Positions 51,796 to 64,000 of a stretch of DNA of 64,000 bases are shown here, piece after piece. The notes beneath the pieces are model-generated. The model was given only the letters and a program-made list of their open reading frames with translations, searched no databases and had not been told where the DNA came from. A program made the position numbers and the translations under genes. The stretch's first letter is position 1, and each line of letters opens with the position of its first letter. The stretch is from Peribolospora baueri (Eukaryota), in NCBI GenBank assembly GCA_029717555.1, contig JAMDHS010000002.1, forward strand, positions 124,001 to 188,000, read 5' to 3'.

Positions 51796-52039
51796 TAGCG
51801 CGGCCAAGATCTGCCTGCGATCATGGTTTGTGCGTATTCGAGCGAGCACCGATGGCCGTGAGCGTGATAGACGTTCACGTCTAGTTCAGTGGCATGGAGA
51901 TTTGCGCAAGCATTACACATTCCAAGACAAGTGCAAGCAGAGATACAGGAAAAGGAAGACCAGACATGTAGCGGAAGACAACACGTCATGCGCCTACGGC
52001 GGTATGACAAGGATGACATCGATCCCTTATGTATCGCGG

Positions 52040-54666
52040 CTATTCTTCCTCCACGTAGTTCCTGAATATGACACGACGATGAAAAGCAAAACAGCAATGG
52101 GGGGTGGGGGGGGGGGGAGATGAAGGGAGCAAAGGGGGAAAATTCGAGACGATCAATACCAATTCTCAGAAAAAAGTTTTGGCGGGCGGGCGGTCAACAA
52201 GAACCGAGACGCACCCAGGAAAAACGCCCTGCGCGCCATTGATCTTGCCAGTCCACCAATCCTCAGAGCTCGGCGTACGCTCGACGAGCTCTATCCGATC
52301 TCCAGCCCTAAAGCTCAAATCGCCTTCTGCCTGTGCTGTGAAGTCGTACAGCGCCTTGACGTACTTGATCCGAGGCGCCGCGCCTGGCTTGGGCTTAAGA
52401 GGGGGAGGTGGGGGAGGTGCTCGTTTCCCTGACACGCTCGAGGCCGTACGAGAAACTCCAGCGCCGGCACTGTACGGAGGTGGAGAAGTGGCCGAGGACG
52501 CGGAGGCGCTAGCGCCGGAGCTGTTCGAGTTTTTCTTTTTGAGAAGGGCGGCTGATGGCGGAAAAGGGGGAGGTAAGGCATTGCCACGACAAAGTGAGTG
52601 AACGTGCGTCATCGTCTGTGAGTCACACGATGAGGTCTCATCCAGACCGAATAGCCGCTCACAAGGCGGCAACCTCTTTTGAATTGTAAGCGCCTCGAGC
52701 TGACTGATAGTATCTCCAAGCTGAGCAGCGTAATTATCCTCCACGGTGCCCGATTGGAGATCGATCTTTCCTTCTGCGAAGACCTGAACTTTTTCCAGCA
52801 CGAGGTAGTAGACATTGAGCCTGGAGAGAGAGATGTAAGGGTGAGCGAGACGGCTGGAGCAAGCAATCACCACTTCCACCATGTCGACATGTTAAGTGCC
52901 ACTCACTGCACGTAGTAAAAGGAGTAGAACAGGGGCGTGATGAACTGCGTGGCGAGGTCGAAAAAGCGCGGGAGCTCTTCTTTCATGATGCCGTTGTAAT
53001 GCTCGTACTCGCTGGCTGCTGCTTCAAAGTCTTGCTCAAGCTAAAATCACGCATGCCATCGAGCAAGGCACACATACGTCCCGAAAAAGAGTAAAATGGA
53101 AAGTGAAGGCAGGTCAATGGTAAGAAAATTGAAGGATCAAAACTGATCGGCGATGTACCTTGAACAAGTTCTGCTCGTCTTTGAGGGATTTCTCCTTTTT
53201 ATCCCGCAGCTTGGTGTACGAGTTGTTGTACCTGTCGTAGTCGATGAGCTAAGATAAAGGTTGACACGAAATGAAGAGAAAGTTAGCGTGAGACCCTTTA
53301 AGCAAGCAGACAACCGAGGCCATGGCCGAGTTCCACGTGGAGCTCCAGATGTTGTCTCCTTCCGAACCATCCACGCACCTTGTGGTCCCTCTTCGTGATC
53401 GTCTTCCGGACCTTCTTCAAAATCTCCTGGAATTCCTTAACAGGTGCCACAATCCTGCTGTCGATCAACTCGATCTCCGGGAGGAGAGTCTCGCGAAGCT
53501 CCTCCATGTGGGTTTGGTATTGCGAGATGTTGACAATGGTATCGGCTGACGAGGGATGCTTCTTCTCCAAACCGTATTCGGAGCCGTGCGGCTGGCTAAA
53601 AATGGGGAGAAGACACGTCGGACTTAGAGGTGCACACCCAGGATTCCGAATAGAAAACCGCATGTACCTTAGCAGGCGCACTCACAAGACCTCGTAGAAA
53701 ACTCGACCGAATTCGGCTCCGGCAGTAAGCATGGCTGGGAATCAAGAGAAGTCGGTGTTGCGTCACGAAAGCGTAAAGGATCAGCCCATAACCTTCGCAC
53801 GACCAATTCGACAACAATCCCAGCTCCACCGCTAATGCTCACAAGAGACATTATCCCGGAAGACGACGGAGTCCTTGAGCAGCTTCTGTGCGTACTGCTC
53901 GATAGCCCCAAACTTGCGGTTGTACTCGTCAAACTCGGCGTCACTGGACTCTGGAGGGCGGGAGAAGACCAGACGAACGTTCGTCAACGGGAAATTCCAA
54001 CCGTTGGTGGATGACAGCAAGGTCATTGCATCCTCCTGATTCGGATCTCCTGCGCACGTGCTGGGTATAGCCGGAAGGCAGTCGCAGATTCAAGACTGGC
54101 CAGCACTCGGCCTCTCGTTCATGCTCCATGATCGTTCCGCACCAAGCTGGGATGCAGTCCAAATCTGACCAGGCCAATCTACTCACTTTGTGACATGCCC
54201 ACCTTGGAGGTGAATATATGCGGCGTCCTGCGGAAGGGAGAAGGCAAATGCCGAAAAGTGTATGCAATAGACACGGTCAAATCCGTCATTCTGCAAGTTC
54301 CACGCAATCCTACGGCTTAGAAGGGGCAACAAGAGGAACCTAAGAGTGCCTATGTCCTCCCAAAGCTCAACCACCACGTTCCCGCATCCTTGTCCAGCCG
54401 CCTCCTTATCGGCACCAACGAATAGCACTCTCAGCCACGTCTTGACCTGACTTCTCATGGCTAACACTTTCCGGGCCACTATCAAGCTCGCGACCGCCTC
54501 TGTGGTAATTCCCTCTTGGAGCCAGAGGCTCGCATGCCCACGACCCTACCATGAGACCGGCTGGTCGCCCTGGTAATCCTTCGACGGTCTCCCGGGGCAG
54601 GATGTAAATACTGAAACATCTGACTACGTCTACGCACCGCTTCATAGCCTTGAGTGTTCCCTTCAT
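52040..54666 (-). CDS. RVS167: BAR-SH3 amphiphysin (Rvs167/Hob1)
   Basis: N-BAR MKGTLKAMKRTPHIF, KTITKRDHKLIDYDRYNNSYTKLRDKKEKSLKDEQNLFK and MKEELPRFF. SH3 YVKALYDFTAQAEGDLSFRAGDRIE..WWTGKINGAQGVFPGNYV. Confidence 0.93.
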
Positions 54667-55465
54667 CTTGACTTCTTTTTGCTGACTTGCTCAAATGACG
54701 GTGGAACTGCGAGCCGACGATCCAAGTGACGTCGTGGGCGAGGTCGGGGCTAGGCCTTGCCTTGGGGGTCGACCGTAGAGGCGACTTTGCGCGAGGAGGG
54801 TGCGGCTCTTCTCAGCCTTACCTGGCTTGCCGGTCTGGCCTGCTGGATTGGTTTCCGAGTGAGAGGTGGGTAAGAGAGAAGGATGGCGAGAGGATAAGAA
54901 GTGTCGGCCCATCTCCGCCTCGCCTCCGGTTCGGCGGTCGCTCTCGGCTGTGCCCAAGCCTCCGATCGGACTGGGTCACGTGGAGAGCCGCGGTTAGGGT
55001 TACTCGAGCTGGGCCTGTTCGCCGCTCGCCGAGCCCAACTGGATGCTCCACTGTGCTGGCGGCAGCCAGGGGGAAGCGAGTGAATACGCGAGTAGATAAA
55101 ACTGGCGGATTTGTTTCTCAGAGCCATGAGGTAGAGGACATTGGAGATTGTGAACTTGACGATCAATGAGGTGTAGCCTGGAGCACACAGCGAGGCAAGG
55201 TTGCCAGCGTGCGTCGACGCGCCGGCGAGTGGAGGATTTCATCTTGCCGACCGATCACAGCGACAACGGAACCGCTTCGCCGCTCACCACCAAGCCAGCT
55301 CATCGGCGCACATACGCACACATACCTCTTTCTCCCTTCCGCCTTGCTCATCTCTCTCACTGCGGGTCACGAGAACGACGAAGCACACACTCCTTCTTCC
55401 CTTCGCTCTTTCATACCCTCGCTCATCACCGCCATCCAAGGCGGCCACCTCTCGCAACGCGTACC

Positions 55466-56724
55466 ATGGCGCTCGACCTCACTCACGAGATCCTCCTCGG
55501 CCTCTGCTTCTGCCTTGGCCTTGCCCTCTACCTTAAGTCGTACCTTCCCAGCCCATCAGCGGCGGCAGGGGGCGCGGCGGCCGACTCGGATTCCTTGAAG
55601 AGCACAAAGGCGGGCGGCGGAGGTGCAAAGAAGAAGAAAAAAGGCAAGGGGAAGAAGGCGACGTCTGACACGGCGGATGTGGGAGGCGAGCGGGAGGCGC
55701 CTGCGCCCCAGCCGGTCCCGGCGGAGGTACCGGTAGGAAAGAAGAAAAAGGGCAAGAAGTCGGCGACAGGTTCAAAAGCTGGCAATGCCAGCACGGATGA
55801 GGCATCGCAATCGACGCCGGCAGCAGCAGCAGCAGCAGCACAGTCTCCTTCTCCTTCTCCGCCTCCCTCGTTTGCAGCGGCGGCAGCGAAAGCGGCGCCG
55901 CCTTCCGCTTCTGAAGAGCGCACCCAGCAACAGCAGCAGCAGCAACAACAGCATGAACCGCAGCGTCTGTGGCGCCCACAAGAACCAGACCGGGATGCCA
56001 TGGACGACATGATCGACCGAGAGGTGGAGCCCGAGACGAGATGGGCTCGTGTCGTGCGCGTGACGAGGGAAGATGACGACAACTCGGTTGGAAAGGGCGT
56101 TCCTTTGAGTCAGGAGGACAGGGACGCGGGGTGGGAGAGCGTGGGGATTGGGCGGGCGAGTGAGTACGACCGGGCGGCGCGCGGTTCGGCGGCCGTCGTC
56201 AGCCTCTTCTGCTGACGTTTCCCCTTCTCTTTCCCCTTTGTTTCTTCTGCTGCCCCCGCCCGTATCTCGCAAATACAGAATCTCGAACTCAGGTTGCCTC
56301 TAGCCTGAGCGACGCCAAGCCAACCACATCCGCCTATACCTCTCCCAACCCCTTCACCTCCCTCTCCACCAGCACTTCCTCCTCCTCTTCCTCCCCGTCC
56401 CCCTCCCCAGCCCCATCCCAGGCCGCCCGCGCGTCCACAGCTGCGCCGCCGACCAAGAAGCAACGCCAAAACGCGGCACGAGCGGCGCAGAAGAAGGCGG
56501 AGAAGGAGGCTGAGGAGAAGGACAGGCTCGCCAGGCTCGCTGCATATCGGAGGCAGCAGGAACAGGAGAGGATGGCTGCGTCTTATAAGAAAGGTGGTGG
56601 TGGGGCTGCCGGTGCCGGTGGGGCCGGAAAGTGGAGCAGTCGTGGTGAAGGCAGTGGCGGTGGTGGTGGCGGTGGTGGAAGCAGGACCAGCGTTAATCCA
56701 AATGGGGCGTTGGTGTGGGATTGA
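55466..56724 (+). CDS. Uncharacterised protein with an N-terminal TM helix, Lys-rich low-complexity region and C-terminal coiled coil
   Basis: MALDLTHEILLGLCFCLGLALYL. One intron (56160-56278) joins in frame to ...NPF...TKKQRQNAARAAQKKAEKEAEEKDRLARL...NGALVWD-stop. Confidence 0.75.
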
Positions 56725-57180
56725 CAGCCCTTCATCAGAGGACGGATTCTGGGAAATGCCAGGAGAGAACCTGGATGCATAGGGATGCCGCGTGGAGCCC
56801 AGAGGGCGGGTGGCGCGGCGTGGGAGAAATGCATGCATGCCGGCGGAGGCCATGCGAGTACTCTCTACTCTCTAGGGCAAGTAGCCACTTCATCCTGCAG
56901 ACTGTGTGACCTCGGTAGCCGATTCAACCTCATTCTCAATACCACAATGAGTTTGGTCTGTCTTCGATCGCACGTGTCCCCGTCGGTTCTCCTAATCCAT
57001 CACGAGGACGCACGACGATCGACTCGAGAATGAAGTGACGATGCGGTCTTCCCGTCCTCGTTCTATTCCATTCACCGATCTAAAAGAAGCACGCTAGCCA
57101 AGGAGATAGATGCCTTCTACTTTCCAGAAATCCTATCGATCTGACGGCACCCGGAAAACGCGGCGTAAGCGAAATCTAAA

Positions 57181-58901
57181 TCAACTCGCCAAGAAGCGGC
57201 CGACGACGTCCATAAATTCGTTCGGCTTCTCGCTCTGCACCCAATGCCCCGTGTCTAGCGTTTCTAGGCGCATGTTTGGGAAAAGGCTTTGGGCGATGGG
57301 GATGTTTTTCCGGTTAAGGTATCTGCGAACGCCGTGGGGGAAGACAGGACGGTGTCAGTCGGCGTTAAGCCGAGGGATCGCATTGCGGCCCGGACGAGCC
57401 CTCGGGGTAAGGAATAAGACACGGCGAGGAAAGACGACTTACTTGCTCCTCTCTCCCTTGAGGAACAGCGTCTTTCCATCCCACGTCTTCGTGACCCCAT
57501 CGTTCCCCTCCTTTCCTTCCGCAGACGCCGGCGGTAGGTATGGAAAGCTGCCGATCTCGGCAAACCCACGGCTGATGATATCGATGGGGATACGCCACGA
57601 GAAGTGCTCGGAGCCGAGCGAGCGCTGGAGGTTTGTCAAGAGGAATTGGCGAACGGAGAGCTCCTGTTGGGGGCGGAAGGAAGGCAAGGCAGAAGCCGGG
57701 TCAGAAAGCAAAACGCGATGCCATGCCGTGAGAGATGGAACCCAGATGGGCGGGTTAAGAAATATACAAGACATTGACAACACCCACACTCTCGTAAGGC
57801 TGAAGACGACGATCCGCCTCCACCCTCGTAGAAACAGGGCGGTCCTGCAAATCGAGCATGCCCTTTACTAACCCCTCGAACTCTGGGGTCAGGCGTCCTC
57901 GAGCAGGGGACATGTCGACCGCGATGAGGTGCGACAACTTTACGCCGGACGTCTCTAACTCTGGTGAAAGGGCCAAGGTGAGAACCGTCTTGCCGCCCCT
58001 GTCCAATCAATTCGTGGAGTCCGTAGATCCCATATGAGTGCTCTGCTCGAGGAAAGCCAGTTTCGCGTACCGACGAACGACAGAAGTGCGAAACCCACAT
58101 CGAGTGTCCCATCAAAGCCACTTCCCTGAGCTCCTTCTCTTTGACGAACCGGAGCACGTCTCGCGCCATGTCAGCGTAGTGCATTCCTTCGATATGCGGC
58201 GAAGTGCCATGGTTTCGGAGGTCCTGTGCGGAGCAGGGAGGAGACGTGCACGCGAAAGTGAGAAAGGGAAAGATTTGTTGAAGCCACTGTGACGGGTGAG
58301 GGAAATGCTTGGGGGAAGCCAAACTGGATCGCTTACGAGCGTGTATACCGGCATGCCGTAATTTGCGGCCATTGCCTTTCCCAGTGACCGCCAATTCTGT
58401 TTGGAGCCACTGTGTGGCGGACGGCATGGACGTCCGAAAGGAACGTACTGTCAGACGCTAGCTGGTCCCCCTTCACACGAACAGCACCAAACTGAGACGG
58501 GAAGGACGCTCACAAAAGACCATGGCAGACTACCAAACTCCCATCCGTATTCACCGTCCTCTTCGCCCCTGCCGGAGGTTGGTAGTGGTCATATGCTAGC
58601 TCCACAGTCTTGCCGGTCGGCGAGGGTGCTTCAGGAGACGCTCCTCCGGTCGTGACAAAGCGGGTCAGAGGCAAGGCTGAAGTTGCAGACACTGAAGGAG
58701 GGAGCTTCGCCCTTGCCGAAGTGCGGGTGCTGTTTGGAAGCCCTGTGGTTCGAGGTGTGGGCGATGGTACGACAATCGACCGGGCGGGACGATGGCATCA
58801 GAGAAACATACGTCGGTCACTCAGAACCGTTCCAAAAACTTGTTGGTCCCAGACTGACCTCTTACGAGCAGACCCTGTCGGGCGACGCCAAGAGCTGCCA
58901 T
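57181..58901 (-). CDS. Mitochondrial ABHD11/Imo32-like alpha/beta hydrolase
   Basis: Presequence MAALGVARQGLL, LVVCHGLFGSKQNW, DLRNHGTSPH, GHSMGGKT, VDMSPA, VRQFLLTNL and LDTGHWVQSEKPNEF. Confidence 0.88.
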
Positions 58902-59071
58902 GTCCGCTGATGCAAGTGACGAACAATTGTTGAAGACGAGTGGAGCGACCTCTCGAGTCCGATTGGCATATAGGCGGCTGCGGAAACGCGGATCGGCGAC
59001 CCCGCACCCAACAGATCGGCGTCCCAGCCGGAGACCACCATCGGCCGGCCCTTCTCGCCGTCACCACCACC

Positions 59072-60185
59072 ATGATCCGCTTCATCCTCGTACAGGTGAG
59101 CCATATCTGACTCCAGGCGGAAGCGTTGCTTTTGCTCATATACGCCAGGCGAGGCCAAGCTCGGCAGCGTGCGCATCGACTTGCTCCAGGCTCCGTAGCT
59201 AAATCCAGTCGTCTTGCGTCTCCGACCTTTTAGAACCGTCAAGGGAAGACGCGGATGGCCAAATACTATGTCCCCTTTGACGACGACGAGAAAGCTCGCC
59301 TACGAGGGGAGGTGCACAGGCTCATCGCGCCCAGGGATCAGAAGTATCAGAGCAACTTCGTCGAGGTGAACGCCTGGAGCCCACAGAAAGACCGGAGCCG
59401 AGGAGTTCTCGTAGATGCAGCTCTGACCTTCAGTTTGGTGTCGCACGCCGGCAGTACCGAAACTACAAGATCGTCTATCGACGCTACGCGGGCCTGTTCT
59501 TCTGCGTGTGCGTCGATGCGAACGACAACGAGCTCGCATACCTTGAGGCCATTCATTTGTTCGTGGAGGTGCTTGGTGAGTCCTTGGCTATGAGAGCTGC
59601 TTCATCCTCTCAAACGTTCTGGCAGTCCTTTAGCCCTGGTGGCTGGCGGGCTGATTGAACGTTAGTCAACCATGGCGTACCGCGAGGTACTGACGTCCAT
59701 CGTTCACGTTTCTTTTCTCTCTCGCCATTCAGACGCCTTCTTCGGGAACGTCTGCGAGCTCGATCTCGTCTTCAATTTCTACAAGGTGAGTTTGGAACGG
59801 CAGTTAAGGACAGCACTGGACATAGGCGGGTTCGTCGCCGCTCGTCGACTACACTCGAACGAGCGTGTCGTAGCGAGTACGCTCCTTTCTTCGATCGTTC
59901 TGACCGAATCTGACCAATGTGCCTTCTACACTCTCGACTCCACCATGTCGCTGCAGGTATACGCCATCCTCGACGAGGTCTTCCTTGCAGGAGAAATTGA
60001 GGAGACGAGCAAAAACGTGGTGCTCAACCGGCTAGACTATCGTGAGTGTCCGTGACACGTCGGGCGAGCGTGCATCTCGCCGTGCCGCGTACACCGAGGC
60101 TAACTAAAGCTATGCGTGTGCTTTGCAATCCGTCTCTTCGCACCCGTCTCTTCCCTTGGCCACTGTAGTGGAACGGTTGGAATGA
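59072..60185 (+). CDS. APS2: AP-2 adaptor complex sigma subunit
   Basis: [101 protein letters not shown]. Confidence 0.96.
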
Positions 60186-60297
60186 AGTAGCCCCCATTTA
60201 CAACTTTTAGAGTCGCTCGTACTATTTCGTGGAGAGATAATGCCTCTCAAACTCCTTCCCGCTCACGCATCCTTTCATGAACATGCCCAGTCTTCAT

Positions 60298-63190
60298 TCA
60301 AGCAAAGGCGCCTACTAATGGAGGCGCCGCTCGAGTCGCATTAACGGTCCTCACCACGCCCAACTGGAGGCTGAACCCCCGGGTACCCATTTCGAACGCC
60401 TCGGCGAGGTCGTCCATGTTCACATGAGGCCCAAACGTCCCCACGTCTTTCCACTCGTAGATGAACTCCCCTTCTCCATCTCGCTTCGATGCCTCCCCTT
60501 CGTCCGGCAGTTGAACGTGCCGGCCCAGCCTCGCGCGGGCGTACGAGGGCGTCAGAAGCAGGACTATGGGGGCGCTATGAGGAGTTGAAAGAGCCTCGGC
60601 GAGCGTGTCAAGCACTCTGGCGGGGCTCGCGCCTGCGAGGTCCGTAAGGACTGTTGTCGAGACTGAGCGTACAGGCCCAAAGAAGCACGGCGAGGCGGAG
60701 AGGTTCGTGAGCATTCGATGAGAAAGGTAGCGGAGTTGAAAAGGTGGGACTTCCTCACCATTCCCCTCCCTTCCCACCGGAACGACTAAATGAGTCGGCG
60801 TCATGAACGTCTTCCAAGTGATCAAATGGACTCGGTTCCGTCGTCCAAGGCAGAGGTCGTCGTCAAACGGCAGATCAGACATCGTCGTCACCGTCGAAGT
60901 GGAGGAAATGGCGGTCGTGTTGGGATCGGAGAGGAGGAGGGCGTTGAGATGAAGAAGGGAGGGGACGATGCCACCTTGGTGGAGAAGACCGAAAAAAAGG
61001 GCTAGGAGGGCCTGTTGTAAGAAGTGGGATGCCAGGGCCTGTTGTAAGAAGTGGGATGCCAGCTAGTCGATACGAAGAAGGAAGTGGGAGGATCCCACTG
61101 GTGAGCACAGGCCGACCTCCCTCCACATGCACGCATTTTCTGCTTCGCGCTCGAATTCATTCGCCTCGCCGTCCACAAAGCTACCCCATGCCCACGCCAC
61201 GCACCCACGCTCTTCTCCTTTTAATCATTTTCCTCGTATAGGCCGCAGATGGCCTATGCAATGACCTAGCGAAGAGGAAAGAGGCTGGAAGGACGAGCGG
61301 GAGGAGGAAGCGAGGTTCCTGGTGTGGCTGGGTGGAGAGAAGGCCGATGCCGACGAAGATGGTGCTGAGGCAGACTGGGGAGTACGAGGAGAAGGAAGGA
61401 GGTACATCGTCGGTGAAAGGGATCGGTTGGATGAATAGCACCCAACCCGGGATCGGAGATGGATGGAATGGGAACAAATCGTCTCACTTTTGGATATAAA
61501 CGCCTCCTCTCCCTCCGCCCTGGACCCAGCTTTCGACTTCGGTTCTCTCCCAGTGGCAGCCCCACCCTTCGTCCCTGCCACGACCTCTCTGACGATCGTC
61601 CACCCCTCGAACAGCACCGTTACCCACACCGCAACACCACAGACCAATGGCATATTGACGACGCCGTGCAACCACTGCGGGTGCAAGCCGTGCTGCGCCA
61701 GGTTCTCAACACGGGAGTTGTACAGTAACGAGTTGAGGGGGGTGAGTGTGATGTGGCTCGAGATGTGGGATAAGAGTCGGAAAGGGGAATAGAGGTTATG
61801 GGAGGGTGGAGGGTGAAAGTAGAGTGTGTCGAAGGCAGAGAGGAGCAAGGACATTAGGAAGAAGGAGAGGATTGCTGGTATGAGGCTGTTAAGCATCTTT
61901 AGAAGGCGAGTGCTGCATACCGGAAAAGGCAAAAATATTCTCTGAGTACATACGCGCGGAGGACAAGGCTCGATGCGAAATCGAGAACGCCGGGGCACAA
62001 AGACGTCTCTTACCTCCGGCGCTCTTGTGCTCCATGGACTATACCAAGTTGCGAATACCGATGAGCCAATCCAAGCAGGGCAATTGCGCTGGGGAGAGCA
62101 AAGGCGAGGAAGGTGATGCGATTGAAAATTCCAAGGGCGCACAGGATACCAAAACCTGTAGTCAGAAGAGTCCATGATGTTCGTCGGTGGTTAAGGGAGC
62201 GAGATGGATTCTGCGAGGGTGAGAAGGGGTCAGACTAGATTTTTACGAGCATGTTGGAGCGACAGGACGTGGCACGCTCATTCTCGCTCCCGCCCACACC
62301 CTCCGCAATCCTCACCTCCTTGATCTCTTGCACGGCGACCGGCTCCGCGGTTGCAGTTTTGAGCTCTTGTAAAAGAAGAAGCAAGCTAGCGAGCAAGACG
62401 GCCTCTAAAGAATTGGAGAACGGTCGGAGCTGGTACGTAAGGAGAACGTGTGAGGAGGCCAGGATTGTGAGTCGTTGAAAGATTGCTTTCTGGGAGGGGG
62501 CGGAGAAGGGGAGTCTCCAGAGGGCGAAGTCTGTGCAGGCGGAGTACTGGCGTGAGCCAAAGGAGCATTGTGAATCACTGGGGAAGAGATAACCGCTCAC
62601 CGAGAGCAAATGATAGCACAAGAAAAGACACCCTCTCAGCAAGGAAGATAAGGGCGGCAGGTGGGCCTGTCCAAGTGCGGCACCCAGAGTCCAAAGCCAA
62701 CGTCGCGTGCCACGCCAACCGGAGTATGTCAGCTTCAGCGGTACGACAACTCCACACCTGTCTTTCCTCCAGTGAAATGATAGTCTAGCCGGACTCGCCT
62801 CTATCGTGCCCGAAAGCCATCCAACCGGCCGTGAGTAACCACAAAGGGAGACCCGTGGTCAAGTAGAGAGGGACGATGGAACGACAGGGGAAGGTCGGGT
62901 CAAACTCCCACGTCCTATGAGCGTCAATGCCAAGCACGTCGCCTGTTCAATGGACCCACGTACCGTCCAACGTCAGTCTGGCGGCATCTCTCTCAAGCAG
63001 TCCGTCGGAATCAAGGGTCCACGCTGACAGACCGGCGCCGACGGAGGGACTCACCGGCTACGACCTCAGGGTTCTGAAAGAACTCGTCCGGGTGGATGTA
63101 CGAAGTGCCGAAGACGGCCGCCACAAGCCGTAGAGCAACGACGCAGAAGTAGACCGTGCGCCATGTCGTCGCCGCCGCTGCCGGGCTCAT
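60298..63190 (-). CDS. SMP3: GPI mannosyltransferase 4 (Alg9-like family, PIG-Z)
   Basis: [82 protein letters not shown] and PHVNMDD. Confidence 0.92.
61007..61060. repeat. Perfect 27-bp tandem duplication within SMP3 coding sequence
   Basis: AGGGCCTGTTGTAAGAAGTGGGATGCC at 61007-61033 and 61034-61060. Confidence 0.95.
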
Positions 63191-63465
63191 TGTGGTCAGC
63201 AAGACCGGACGAGGGTGCGGACATGGACCTCTTTTACAAATACCGAAGCAATAGAAGCAGCTCGGACGAGTGACTGCGGCAACCGCATGACGTTGCGTCG
63301 ATCACGTTGGGGTGACCAGGCACGCGCTTTCCTCGCCTCGTCGCCTGCCGAGGTTGTCTCGAGGCCGCGTCGTCATCGGTCTCCTTGCTCGTCACCACCA
63401 CCCATCCTCCGTCCCATCTTCCATCTCCTCCTCGCACGCTCGTCTCTGGCGGGCATCCTCCCACG

Positions 63466-64000
63466 ATGCCCCCTCAACCACGAAGGACCCCCGTCTCGGC
63501 TCGCCGGTCCACGCCAGGCTCTGCCTTCGACGAGTCGCTCATTCCCACCCCGCCGATCAGGTTCGATGACGATGAACCCCGCAGCGCCACAAAGGCCAAG
63601 GCTGATATTCGAAATAGCGCTAAGGTGCGTATCATCCTATTTTTGCCTAGGATGTCAACTCCAGTCGGCGAAGCAAGTGTATAGTCTGCTCGGCTTCGTT
63701 GGCTCATGACAGACGTCGTCGTTGCTCGCTCTTCGAAGGCCAAGCGCAAGTCTGGCGGTGGATTCATGTCCTTTCTAGTTGGCTTTGCTGCCCGGGTCGC
63801 GCTTTTCTATGTTCTGATAGGGTGAGCATTTCCTCTATTCTGACGGCTTCGCTGAAGCTCGCTATCCTCTAGACTTACCTTCTCTCTCTCGCACAGCGCA
63901 TTATACATCTGTCCGAAAGAGACGGACTACCTCGGCACGTCTGCCTCCCGACCTCTTTGTCGATCTCTCAACGCCGTGGAGACCCGCCTCGAGCCTCTTG
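63466..64000 (+). CDS. 5' part of a membrane-anchored protein, truncated by the window end; start codon and first intron uncertain
   Basis: MPPQPRRTP..., then hydrophobic FMSFLVGFAARVALFYVLIG|ALYICPKE..PLCRSLN across a GT-AG intron. Confidence 0.55.

Noticed and set aside
52099..52117. G-run (possible G-quadruplex)
   Set aside because: It is a poly-C pyrimidine tract in the last RVS167 intron on the transcribed strand; no further support.
54050..54070. Possible 3-nt microexon (cccag|CAC|gtgcgc) in RVS167 intron 2
   Set aside because: The flanking exons already join to give the expected SQKSSDAEF, and there is no clear branch point.
36430..57200. Cryptic peroxisomal isoforms by TGA-CTA readthrough in the ADH, HAD and ABHD11-like genes
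   Set aside because: The stop contexts I checked lack TGA CTA and show no in-frame SKL-type extension.
1..64000. Long antisense or overlapping ORFs in the track (e.g. 2467-3429 +, 37824-38837 -, 11001-11798 +)
   Set aside because: Shadow ORFs of GC-rich coding exons with no recognisable protein features.

Overview
This is eukaryotic, gene-dense, intron-rich fungal DNA. It looks like a basidiomycete, plausibly Ustilaginomycotina, but that assignment is inference. The ORF track mostly shows exon fragments, so I rebuilt gene models by hand from GT/GC-AG sites and reading frame. About 25 protein-coding genes can be supported, in order: a His/Pro-rich gene end, a VPS9-domain protein, a GPR1/FUN34/YaaH transporter, an AN1 zinc-finger protein, symplekin, VMA10, a PEP2/SnoaL-like protein, THI6, a GCL modifier subunit, a PPR protein, a LisH-CTLH-WD40 protein, RIB5, a HAD phosphatase, ATP11, BUD20, PRO1, a Zn-dependent ADH, an alpha/beta hydrolase, a GH29 alpha-L-fucosidase, RVS167, an uncharacterised membrane-anchored protein, an ABHD11-like hydrolase, APS2, SMP3/PIGZ and a truncated gene at the right edge. 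I saw no tRNA, rRNA, CRISPR array or transposon. The most unusual signals concern splicing: (1) a microexon chain in the fucosidase that needs a 2-nt exon; (2) an AG|GT back-to-back splice site inside a perfect 18-bp palindrome, a candidate recursive (zero-length-exon) site; (3) two GC-AG introns with identical donors; (4) a twin-hairpin long intron in RVS167. There are also two perfect tandem duplications, one in-frame in SMP3. Exon boundaries are manual and untested by RNA data.
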